The translations under genes and the position numbers were made by a program. From a virus (lineage: Duplodnaviria; Caudoviricetes): a stretch of DNA of 58,503 nucleotides. Below, in pieces: positions 35,793-44,786 of the stretch. The stretch is taken from positions 1 to 58,503 of IMG/VR virus record IMGVR_UViG_3300032562_000025; one strand, 5' to 3'. Below the pieces are notes generated by a model. It did not search any database. It saw only the letters and a list, made by a program, of their open reading frames with translations, and was not told the DNA's origin. Positions within the stretch are counted from its first letter, which is position 1; each line of letters begins with the position of its first letter.

Positions 35793-36458
35793 GTGTTAAT
35801 TGAATGCTTAATTTTGCGTGAAGGAATGACAACCGTACCATTTAAGTTACATAATTATGAGTTTATGCCAATTCCAGGAACAAATGAAGGAGAAATGGGT
35901 ACTTCGGTTTGTAACATTGCTGATCAGGAAGCAATTGATTATTTACTTGGCAATGAGAAAAGAGGGATGAAACCGAAGGCAAGTTTTCGTCCTTATCGTC
36001 CGAAGCAAGCTCAGGATGATATGTATGCAAGACGGGCTGAAAAGGAAAAAGTTACTGGTAAATTTAAGGGTTATTCGATTGAAGTCCTTAATATTATGGG
36101 TAATGATAAGGGGTATGTTATTAAGAAAGATGTTAAAAATGAGCCAATGTCATTTTGTGGGATGAATGGAAAGTGGACTGATGATGTTCAGAAAATCTGG
36201 CCATTTACCAAAATCGGTGATGCTGATACATGGCTGAAATCATTTTTAAGTGGAGTATCAATGGATGCTCCGAAGGTTGACGGTACACCATATCATTGTG
36301 GAGAATGTGAATTGATTTTCAAGGATCCAATTCAACTCGCAGAACACTGGAAAAATGTACATCAGAAAAAAGCGGAGATAATTCCTGAGGATATTGCGAA
36401 AACACTCCCAAATGTTGCTGAAGTTAAAACATACAAGGAAGTTCCAAAAGGTAAATAA
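35793..36458 (+). CDS. Hypothetical protein with C2H2 zinc finger
   Basis: YHCGECELIFKDPIQLAEHWKNVH, RBS AGGAGG. Confidence 0.7.
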   Translation: MLIECLILREGMTTVPFKLHNYEFMPIPGTNEGEMGTSVCNIADQEAIDYLLGNEKRGMKPKASFRPYRPKQAQDDMYARRAEKEKVTGKFKGYSIEVLNIMGNDKGYVIKKDVKNEPMSFCGMNGKWTDDVQKIWPFTKIGDADTWLKSFLSGVSMDAPKVDGTPYHCGECELIFKDPIQLAEHWKNVHQKKAEIIPEDIAKTLPNVAEVKTYKEVPKGK

Positions 36459-36460
36459 AT

Positions 36461-37420
36461 ATGAGTTATACAATTGCTGAACTTACAACGGATTTGATTC
36501 AACGGGTTGGACGACTTGAAAATGCAGCTGGCATAACATTGCTAAGTGCCGTTAATTCAATTCAGTCTATGTTAGCTAAACGGTTACTTGATCGTAAATC
36601 CGACTTGCTCGTTGAGCCAAATTCGTTAAGTTTATCGATTCCATTTTACGGTTGTTCTGCAACCTTACCTGATGGTTTCATATCAATGGCTGAGAAGCCA
36701 AAATATCAAGAGCTTTACACTGATTGGATGCTTGGAAATGTGGTTTCTTACAATGTGCTTACTGGTGAGTTGGTTTTATTGGTTACAGATTACGAAGGAA
36801 GTGATACATTAAGTTCTTGGAATATTTCGACAGTACCCGTGCCTGGAGAAGAGTCCCAAACCATTTCTACCTCAACAACCTCCTTTACAGTGATAACTAC
36901 CGGACACAATGCTACCTTATTCATTGACATCGGACTTGTTTTATCTCCAGGCACATCCCTTTACATTACTTCAGGTTCAATGCCGAGTGGATTGAATATT
37001 TATCAGCAAACAATGCAACCATCTTATTTAACGAGTGATGAAGATCATGACGATGTTGAGTGGTGGTCTTGGTATGGTTTATATGGCTGGAATATTGAGT
37101 CACCATCAAGGACACCAAAACATTATAAGATAGTTAATACATTAATGTATATAAGACCGTATGCAATTTATCCACTTATAATAACGGGTAAGTATTTTGG
37201 TTTACCTGCAAAATTGATAAGTACATCAACCTTACCATTTAACGGTTTGTTTGATGAGATTTTTAGAGAAGGTGTTGTAAGGATAATTTCTAAAGGAATT
37301 TCACTTGTTGAAATGGATCAGGACTTCAATTACTTTTTACAAAGGGAATTTGATTCAGTCATTAATTCAAGAATGAGTATTATGGATAAGACAAGAACTT
37401 CACATAGTAATTTTATGTAA
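36461..37420 (+). CDS. Head-tail adaptor-like protein with inserted beta domain
   Basis: Position after the head genes. TLPDGF, PKHYKIVNTLMYIRP, LPFNGLFDE. Confidence 0.6.
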   Translation: MSYTIAELTTDLIQRVGRLENAAGITLLSAVNSIQSMLAKRLLDRKSDLLVEPNSLSLSIPFYGCSATLPDGFISMAEKPKYQELYTDWMLGNVVSYNVLTGELVLLVTDYEGSDTLSSWNISTVPVPGEESQTISTSTTSFTVITTGHNATLFIDIGLVLSPGTSLYITSGSMPSGLNIYQQTMQPSYLTSDEDHDDVEWWSWYGLYGWNIESPSRTPKHYKIVNTLMYIRPYAIYPLIITGKYFGLPAKLISTSTLPFNGLFDEIFREGVVRIISKGISLVEMDQDFNYFLQREFDSVINSRMSIMDKTRTSHSNFM

Positions 37421-37442
37421 TGGTATAAGGCGAGGAATTAAT

Positions 37443-38123
37443 ATGGCAATCTTAGATGGTGGATCAGCTTCAGTATCACCTACAACTTCAGTTACATTAC
37501 CAATTACGACTGAAATCATTGTTACTGTTCAAAGACAGTTGCAAGATGTTACTGGAGTATCATATCCAGCTGAAGATTTAATTCCATATATGAACCTTTT
37601 CTTTGCTGAATTAATTGGTGTTGTTCCTTCAGCATATAATGTAACTGAAGATATTGGATTGGTTGCAGGTGCAAAGCAAACATTACCAGAAGGAACTAAA
37701 AAGTTACTTAATGTTATTTGCAATATTTCGGGTAGTGTATATGTTGGGCCGGCTCCTACGATTTTACCAAGATCAACATTGGATACATTGATTCCAAGTT
37801 GGCAATTATTTACTTCTAGTAAGACAGTCCTTAATGTTATAAGAGATGAAGATGATTCTTATGTATTTTATACCTTCCCTCCTCAGCCGGTCGGAACTGA
37901 TCAAAAATTGAGGGTAATTTTATCCATGCTTCCAACAGCGATTGAAGATCAATCAGATGATTTTCCACTTGAAGAATCATACAAATTACCTTGCATTAAT
38001 TATATGTTATACTTAACTTTAAGGGAGGAGACAACAATACCTAACGCTCTTAATAAAGCAAATATGTGTCTTGAAATGTTTTATAAAGAGTTGGGTGTTG
38101 AGATGACTCAGCAAAAGAAGTAA
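37443..38123 (+). CDS. Head-tail adaptor protein (DUF6682-like)
   Basis: QLQD...YPAEDLIPYMN, LVAGAKQTLP, LDTLIPSW, FYTFPP. Confidence 0.7.
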   Translation: MAILDGGSASVSPTTSVTLPITTEIIVTVQRQLQDVTGVSYPAEDLIPYMNLFFAELIGVVPSAYNVTEDIGLVAGAKQTLPEGTKKLLNVICNISGSVYVGPAPTILPRSTLDTLIPSWQLFTSSKTVLNVIRDEDDSYVFYTFPPQPVGTDQKLRVILSMLPTAIEDQSDDFPLEESYKLPCINYMLYLTLREETTIPNALNKANMCLEMFYKELGVEMTQQKK

Positions 38124-38140
38124 TAAAAAGGGAGTCAGGA

Positions 38141-41020
38141 TTGATAATTAAGATTGAGAAGTTTGGTGGAATAATTCCAAGGGTTGTTGACCCCTTTGCA
38201 CTTCCACCTGAGAATGCACAACAAGCAATTAATTGTCGCTTTGATTTGGGTGGCATTGCTCCATATGCTGAAGATGATGTAATTGATGATTTATATGCAA
38301 CTGGAACTGTTACACTTGCAAATACAAATTTAAGTTTAGTAAACGGGTCTGCATTTTTTGATGCTTCAGGGCCTAATCTTAAATATCCTCGTCGTAAACT
38401 TACCCTTACTGATTCAGCCGGAAAGAAAGCAATTGGTTATATTGGTAGTGAAGGAATTGGGGAGACACTCGATACTAATAAGCTTACTAATGGTGATTTT
38501 ACTTCAGACGCATCTTCATGGAGTGCAACTGATTGTACACTTGCAAGTTCTTCAAATGCTTGTGTAATGACAAGAACAGGTGGAACATCTCAAAAAGCAG
38601 ATCAGGTTGTCGGTGCCTTAACAGTTGGAGCGTTGTTCGAAGGTTCGATTTATATTAAAACTGGATCGAGTGGAGCTGAACTTGCTGAGGTGTTATTTAA
38701 GAATGGATCAACTTCGTTTAGTAAAACATTACTTACAACAGGGTCTTATGTAAAATTATTTATCCGTGGGGTTATTGATGTAGCTGGAAATTGGGGATTT
38801 GAGTTTTATAAAACAACAGCTACAGCTGGCACAATGTTGTTTGATACGGCTTCGCTTAGACAAGTATTAACACCAAGTGCAACTGGTGTAACAATTACCT
38901 CAACCCCTGGAGGCACAACCCAAAATTGGACAAGTATTGAAAGTGGGTTTAATTACAATGATTCGGGTGGATATACTTATGAAATAAGTCCAGTTATTGA
39001 ATCAATGTATAAGTATTATAATTCAGTTGAAGATGCTTTTTTATTATTTTCAGGTGATGTAAATGTTGTTAAGGCACCATTACTTGGAGATATTTTTAAT
39101 CGTGTATTTTATACTGAGGATGGTTTACTTAAGGTAACTGACGAAACATTATTCAATACAACTGGTTCACAATTAATCGGAGCTTGGGTTAATGGATCAC
39201 CTGGTTATGATACATTAACATCCTTACTGAAAGATATAACTTCAGCAATTAATACTGCTGGTACATCTGAAAGTGCTTATAATATTTCGAGTGCATTGGT
39301 TTCAGGACGAACGTATCAACTTGTTGCTAACTTAACACTCAATTCAGGTCAAGCACCAACATTATCATTTACATATCCAACAACTTCCCAATTATTGGTT
39401 GAGGGTTTGAATGTAATACCATTTACTGCAACTTCAGTTGTAACTACAATAACAATGCTTAATACATTAGCATCAAATTGGGAGTGCAAATTTGATTTGT
39501 ATGCAACCCTTGATTTGAATTATCCCTTAGCATATCGTTATCCAAGTCCACCTGCTCCAACAAGTGTTCCGATTGCTACTCCAGTAAGTTCAGTTGGAAA
39601 GGTACATACTTTAGATATAACCGTTGCTGCTTGTGTAGAAAGTAATGGAACCTATAATTTAGTTTTTAGTGGTGGTGGTGGATCATCAGCTGCTGGAACT
39701 TACACGGTACTTTCAAATATCATCACAGCGGTTAATTTAACAGTTCAAGGAAGTGGATATACTTCAGCTCCAACTGTTGAAACAATAAGTACAACTGGAA
39801 CGATTAAGGCAGGAGTTGGGGATATAACACTTCAGGAGACAAGGGGTTGGGTTTATACCTTTGTTAATAAATATGGAGAAGAAGGGCCACCTTCATTGGT
39901 GTCAAACTTAGTTGATGTTTATGATGGAGATACGGTTGCATTAAGTGCAATTGCATCAACTGGTTTTTCGGCATTATATGAATTGACTGGAATAAATATT
40001 TATCGCTTAAATCAATCATTGACTGGATCACAATTTCAGTTTGTTGAGCGCATACTTATAAATGCAACAACATACTCAGATTCGAAATTGGATGCAGCCC
40101 TTGGTGAGCTTTTAGTTACAGATGAATGGGAAAGTCCTCCATCCGGAGCTAAAGGATTGATTGCCTTACCTAATGGAATACTTGCATGTTATTCAGGTAA
40201 TACATTATGCTTAACTCCCCCAAATTATCCTCACGCTTGGCCACCATCTTATCAAAAAGCAGTGGATAGGGATATAATGGGTCTTGGAAGTGTTGGTACA
40301 ACAATTATTGTTCTTACCGAAGGTCAGCCTTATGGTGTTGTTTGCAGTGATCCATTGAACGCAGTAATGGAGCGTATTGATGGTGGCTTGTCAAATATGT
40401 CAAAAAGGAGTGTAGTTCAGGTTGAGACTGCAGGAATAGTTGCTTACGCATCTCCTGAAGGTATAATGACAATTGGGCAAAGTGGAGCTAAATTAGTTAC
40501 TGATGTAATTATGACAAGGGAAGATTGGAATGAAAGGTATAATCCGTCAACGATAAATGCTTATTATTGGCAAGGTAAGTACATTGGGTTTTATACAAAT
40601 GGAAATGTTGAAGCTGGATTTATGCTTGATGTAAGTAATGGGAATTTTGTGGACTTGGATTTTTATGCTACTGCAGGATTTCATGATCTTACTGATGGTA
40701 AATTATACTTAGTCATTGATGATGAAGTTGTATCGTTTAATGATTCACTTGAATTACGGGAATATAATTGGTTAAGTAAGCGATTTATCTTCCTTCCAAC
40801 TTCATTTAATTGGATTAAGGTTGTTGGTTCAACTTATCCAATTGATGTTGAGATTATATTAAGGGATGTACCAGCAACGATATGTCTTACGGTAACTTCA
40901 AGGAAGCCAATTAGGATTGGAAAAACAGGAATTATTGAAACAATTGAAGTAAGGATAATGGGAAGTGCACAGATTTCAGCAATTTATTTATCAAGTATTC
41001 TTGAGGAGATGCCAGTATAA
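38141..41020 (+). CDS. Tail nozzle / stabilisation protein with inserted carbohydrate-binding-like domains
   Basis: IEKFGGIIPR..LPPENAQQAINC, WVYTFVNKYGEEGPPS, GLIALPNG, PHAWP, YASPEGI. Insert beginning LTNGDFTSDASSW. Confidence 0.75.
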   Translation: MIIKIEKFGGIIPRVVDPFALPPENAQQAINCRFDLGGIAPYAEDDVIDDLYATGTVTLANTNLSLVNGSAFFDASGPNLKYPRRKLTLTDSAGKKAIGYIGSEGIGETLDTNKLTNGDFTSDASSWSATDCTLASSSNACVMTRTGGTSQKADQVVGALTVGALFEGSIYIKTGSSGAELAEVLFKNGSTSFSKTLLTTGSYVKLFIRGVIDVAGNWGFEFYKTTATAGTMLFDTASLRQVLTPSATGVTITSTPGGTTQNWTSIESGFNYNDSGGYTYEISPVIESMYKYYNSVEDAFLLFSGDVNVVKAPLLGDIFNRVFYTEDGLLKVTDETLFNTTGSQLIGAWVNGSPGYDTLTSLLKDITSAINTAGTSESAYNISSALVSGRTYQLVANLTLNSGQAPTLSFTYPTTSQLLVEGLNVIPFTATSVVTTITMLNTLASNWECKFDLYATLDLNYPLAYRYPSPPAPTSVPIATPVSSVGKVHTLDITVAACVESNGTYNLVFSGGGGSSAAGTYTVLSNIITAVNLTVQGSGYTSAPTVETISTTGTIKAGVGDITLQETRGWVYTFVNKYGEEGPPSLVSNLVDVYDGDTVALSAIASTGFSALYELTGINIYRLNQSLTGSQFQFVERILINATTYSDSKLDAALGELLVTDEWESPPSGAKGLIALPNGILACYSGNTLCLTPPNYPHAWPPSYQKAVDRDIMGLGSVGTTIIVLTEGQPYGVVCSDPLNAVMERIDGGLSNMSKRSVVQVETAGIVAYASPEGIMTIGQSGAKLVTDVIMTREDWNERYNPSTINAYYWQGKYIGFYTNGNVEAGFMLDVSNGNFVDLDFYATAGFHDLTDGKLYLVIDDEVVSFNDSLELREYNWLSKRFIFLPTSFNWIKVVGSTYPIDVEIILRDVPATICLTVTSRKPIRIGKTGIIETIEVRIMGSAQISAIYLSSILEEMPV

Positions 41021-41304
41021 TGTTTCCAACTATTTCTACAATCACAAATTTTAATGATGTTAAGAGAGCATTGGATAGTATAAGAAGTTATTTTGCAGTT
41101 ACACCTTCAGTTGGGAATGTAAATGTTACACAACCTGCAAATAGTTCAAGGCTTACAATTATTGATGGTAAGGAATTGAAGGTTACGGAAGTATGGGAAT
41201 TACGAAATGTTACTGGTGAATTGGAAAATCAAGTTTTGGATTCAACAAAAATGGTTGAGGTTTTTATTAATGGAGTTCGTGTTAAGTTGGCAGTTTTGAA
41301 GTAA
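41020..41304 (+). CDS. Hypothetical virion protein
   Basis: Coupled to the nozzle gene. Confidence 0.55.
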   Translation: MFPTISTITNFNDVKRALDSIRSYFAVTPSVGNVNVTQPANSSRLTIIDGKELKVTEVWELRNVTGELENQVLDSTKMVEVFINGVRVKLAVLK

Positions 41305-41334
41305 TTAAATAAAGGATTAAAAAGGAGAAAGAGG

Positions 41335-42729
41335 ATGAAGGACTTATGTGTGGTAACTTCAATTACAAGGAAGAAAGGGATGTATAATTTGCTTGAAAAA
41401 CAGTTGGATGAGGCTGGAATTGATTTTTATACTGTTGATCAGCAAAGTGATTATGGTGATAATATATTCAGGTTTTGTACTGTTGAAAATAGACTTAATT
41501 TGTTTCAGGATATGGTTACATCACTTGATGATTATGAAAATATTGTAATTGTCGATGGTTGGGATACTTTGTTTTTTGGTAAAAGGGAAGATGTTATTCG
41601 TAACATTCCAAAACATACGGTAATGGTTGCAGCTGAGAAGAATTGTTATCCAAATATTTCAATTGCAAATGATATTCCTGATGAAGGTACACCTTGGAGA
41701 TATGCAAATTTTGGTGGTATGGCAGGTACTCGTGAAAATTTAATTAAGTTTATTGATGAAGTTAAGCGAAATATGCATTTGTCATTAATTGATATGGATC
41801 AAGAAGTTTTGAATGAATTACTTGCTCAAGGTAAAAATTCAACCTTTGTTTTGGATTCAAATACTCAAATATTTTATTGTATGATGGAAGATGAAGGTGA
41901 AATTGTAAATTACAATAATCGTCCACTTAATGTATTAACTGATCAGTTGCCAAATTTTATTCATTTTAATGGTCAGTCAAATCATTCTCATTTTTATTCT
42001 GAATTTGGATTGGCTGAAGATAAAAAAGTAATAAAAACAAAGTTTGATTATATGTTTTGCTTACCTGGAACTCCTTCAAGTGGAACGCAAGGAATAAGTA
42101 CATGGTTGGCAATATATGAACTTATGGCACTTGGGAAAAGTGTAGCAATTAAAACTGCTTCATCATGTAATATTTATCTTGTTAGAAATTTATGCTTAAC
42201 AAATAAATCATTTCAACTTGAACAATTACCATTTGAAGATTATTGTGAAGATTATGACAGGATTGTTTTTGTGGATTCTGATAATTATGTAACTTCAAAG
42301 GATATACTTAAATTAACATCCCATGATGAAGATATTGTAGCTGCTTGGTATGTGCAAGCTCCAAAAGATGTTGAAGCAATTGGTGTTCATATTCCAGCAA
42401 CTTGTGGGGTGTATAGGGATATTAATAAACCCTGGACTGTACGCCCATTTTTAGCTGGAATTATTCCATATATTAAGCGAAATGAAAAGGGATTGGTTCA
42501 AGTACAATATTCAGGAATGGGCTTGATGGTTATTAAGAAAGGAGTATTTGAGTCAATTGGATTCCCTTGGTTTAAATCATGGATTAAGGAATATGAAATT
42601 TGTGGAGTTAAAATGGCTGAGCCTGTAACTGATGATGAGGGTTTTTGTTTAAGGGTTCAGGAAAAAGGATTTAAGATATTTATCGATCCTGAGATTAAAA
42701 TTGGCCACGAAAAACTTACAATTCATTAA
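41335..42729 (+). CDS. Two-domain glycosyltransferase (PLOD-GT-like + GT2-like)
   Basis: N domain VDGWDTLF, AAEKNCYP, YANFGGMAG, DQ, IHFNG. C domain FVDSD, GMGLMVIKKGVFE, DDEGFC, IDPEIKIGH. Confidence 0.8.
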   Translation: MKDLCVVTSITRKKGMYNLLEKQLDEAGIDFYTVDQQSDYGDNIFRFCTVENRLNLFQDMVTSLDDYENIVIVDGWDTLFFGKREDVIRNIPKHTVMVAAEKNCYPNISIANDIPDEGTPWRYANFGGMAGTRENLIKFIDEVKRNMHLSLIDMDQEVLNELLAQGKNSTFVLDSNTQIFYCMMEDEGEIVNYNNRPLNVLTDQLPNFIHFNGQSNHSHFYSEFGLAEDKKVIKTKFDYMFCLPGTPSSGTQGISTWLAIYELMALGKSVAIKTASSCNIYLVRNLCLTNKSFQLEQLPFEDYCEDYDRIVFVDSDNYVTSKDILKLTSHDEDIVAAWYVQAPKDVEAIGVHIPATCGVYRDINKPWTVRPFLAGIIPYIKRNEKGLVQVQYSGMGLMVIKKGVFESIGFPWFKSWIKEYEICGVKMAEPVTDDEGFCLRVQEKGFKIFIDPEIKIGHEKLTIH

Positions 42730-42738
42730 GGGGATTAA

Positions 42739-43182
42739 ATGTTAATTGGTAAACTTAATACAAATGATATTAATTACATCCTGGAAAATATTTCATTCAG
42801 TAGCTTAACTGAACTTGCAATATTTAACAAGTCAATTGAGTCTGCACGAATTAAGTTTATGCATTATATTGGGAAGGAGTTTACTGGTGTATTTTACGAT
42901 AATAACAAAAATCCTCAGGCAATGATTCTTCTTGAGTTAAATGGAGAAGATAAATGGTTGGTTAACTTAATAACGGTAAGTGGAGCATGGAGTAAAATTG
43001 GTATTATTCTTACAAAATTCTTAATGCAAATGAGTTCAGATATGATTGAACGATCAGGTGGTACGATTGAAGCTTATTCACCATTTAGTTTACATAAGTA
43101 TTTCAATTGGTTTGAGTTCATGGGTTTCGTTTGTAAGGAAAAAAATAATAATGTTTATCACTATGTTAAACAGGTGAGGTAA
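42739..43182 (+). CDS. GNAT-like protein (position of T7 gp13-like internal protein)
   Basis: C-terminal NWFEFMGF motif, between the nozzle and ejection genes. Confidence 0.5.
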   Translation: MLIGKLNTNDINYILENISFSSLTELAIFNKSIESARIKFMHYIGKEFTGVFYDNNKNPQAMILLELNGEDKWLVNLITVSGAWSKIGIILTKFLMQMSSDMIERSGGTIEAYSPFSLHKYFNWFEFMGFVCKEKNNNVYHYVKQVR

Positions 43183-43185
43183 ATT

Positions 43186-43731
43186 ATGGGTGGTGGTGGA
43201 GGTAGTGAGGATGAACTTAAGTATACTTCAGACCAGCAAGCGCAGCAAATAAAAAATGCAAAGCTCTGGAATTATTATGAAGAAAATTATTTACCTCTTC
43301 AGCAAAAGTATATTGCACTGGAAACTGATCCAGCAACAACGAAGCAAGAAGAGAATCAAATTAAGGGTAAGATAAATGCGGAAGCGGTTAAGAAATTAGA
43401 TCCGCTTAAATTAAGTACCAATCCTGTAGCTAATGCAAGGAGTCTAAATAATTTAGGGAAGACAGAGACAACTGCACAAGTTACGGGGGAGGGGCAGGTT
43501 AGGTCGAGGGAACTTGCAAATCGACAAAACATTATAAATATTGGTCAGCAAAAAGAAGTTGGTGCAGTTACTGATTTAAATACATTAGCAGGTAGATCGC
43601 TTGATGTAGCAATAAGTGATTTGGACAGGCAGGAAAAAGTTGGGGCAAGTGCTGATAATGCAATTGGAGCTGGAATAGGAGCTGCCGCTGCCGGTTTAAA
43701 TCGAGCGTGGGATAAGTCAACAACAAAATGA
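43186..43731 (+). CDS. Putative ejection/internal virion protein
   Basis: MGGGGGS start, Q/N-rich helices, C-terminal GAGIGAAAAG. Confidence 0.6.
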   Translation: MGGGGGSEDELKYTSDQQAQQIKNAKLWNYYEENYLPLQQKYIALETDPATTKQEENQIKGKINAEAVKKLDPLKLSTNPVANARSLNNLGKTETTAQVTGEGQVRSRELANRQNIINIGQQKEVGAVTDLNTLAGRSLDVAISDLDRQEKVGASADNAIGAGIGAAAAGLNRAWDKSTTK

Positions 43732-43773
43732 AAAATGAAAAAGGTAACGTAAATTTTACGTCGGGGTGCTTAA

Positions 43774-44349
43774 ATGGCAATGTATGATCCTTCAACGGGT
43801 TCATGGTATGAATATTCTCCTGGAGCAACTACACCTTCAAATACTCCTTATTCAGGACTTGGTGCAAATTTATTTGAGGGTGTTGGTGGAGGAGTTACAA
43901 ATCCAGCATCTTTAAATAAAGTTGCTCGACCAGGAAATGTTGGAAGTGAAGAAACTCCAAATTATGTTGATCCATCTGGTGATCCTCATAATATCGCATC
44001 AAATTTAATTAATGCACAATTTGCTGAGTGGGAAAAAACATTTAAGCCAATTGAGTTGGAACAAATTCAGCAATATTCACCTATTAATCCTTCGGTCTTA
44101 ACAACCGCTGTTGACAAAGCTGAGAATACTGCAACTCAAGCATCAGCTTCAATGGGTGGTATTTTACAAAGGCAGAATGAAAAAATGGGAGTAAATGCAA
44201 CTTCTGATCAAAAGAATGCAATGGGTAGGATGCTTAATTTAAGCACTGCTGAAAATATAGCAAATGCAAAGAATACCGCCCGATCTGATGTAAGGGAACA
44301 AGATCAGCAAATTTTAATGGGCACTTCAACCAATCTTACTAAGGAGTAA
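43774..44349 (+). CDS. Putative ejection/internal virion protein
   Basis: A/N/Q-rich, located in the ejection cluster. Confidence 0.55.
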   Translation: MAMYDPSTGSWYEYSPGATTPSNTPYSGLGANLFEGVGGGVTNPASLNKVARPGNVGSEETPNYVDPSGDPHNIASNLINAQFAEWEKTFKPIELEQIQQYSPINPSVLTTAVDKAENTATQASASMGGILQRQNEKMGVNATSDQKNAMGRMLNLSTAENIANAKNTARSDVREQDQQILMGTSTNLTKE

Positions 44350-44352
44350 TTT

Positions 44353-44772
44353 ATGGGTGGGATAATAAGTACTGGTGAAAATTATCGTAAATTGGCAATG
44401 CAGGGATTTATGCAGGAAAGTGCTGATGCAACGAAAATTGATGAAGTTAATAAAGATCTTGAAGCAAATAAAAAGATGCAGAAGGATAAAACGGGTACTC
44501 AGGCAATGGGTCTTGCTGGGGCAATTGCTCCAAGGGTACTTGATAAAGCTGGAGTTTTTGGAGCTGCACCATCAATTGCTGCTACTGGTTTAGAAGAGTC
44601 AGCAGCATTGAGTACAGGTGTAATGGCACCAACTGCTGAATTGGGAGCTGCTGGTCTGGCTGCTGCTGAAACAACCGTAGGAGTGGGAACTGTATTGGCA
44701 GCAGAAACAGCATCAACTGCATTAGCAGCAGAAAGCTTAATGGAATTTGCCCCTTTGTTATTATTTCTTTAA
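44353..44772 (+). CDS. Putative ejection protein with Ala-rich hydrophobic C-terminus
   Basis: Ala/Gly-rich C-terminal half ending FAPLLLFL. Confidence 0.55.
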   Translation: MGGIISTGENYRKLAMQGFMQESADATKIDEVNKDLEANKKMQKDKTGTQAMGLAGAIAPRVLDKAGVFGAAPSIAATGLEESAALSTGVMAPTAELGAAGLAAAETTVGVGTVLAAETASTALAAESLMEFAPLLLFL

Positions 44773-44786
44773 TATGAGGAGAATTT

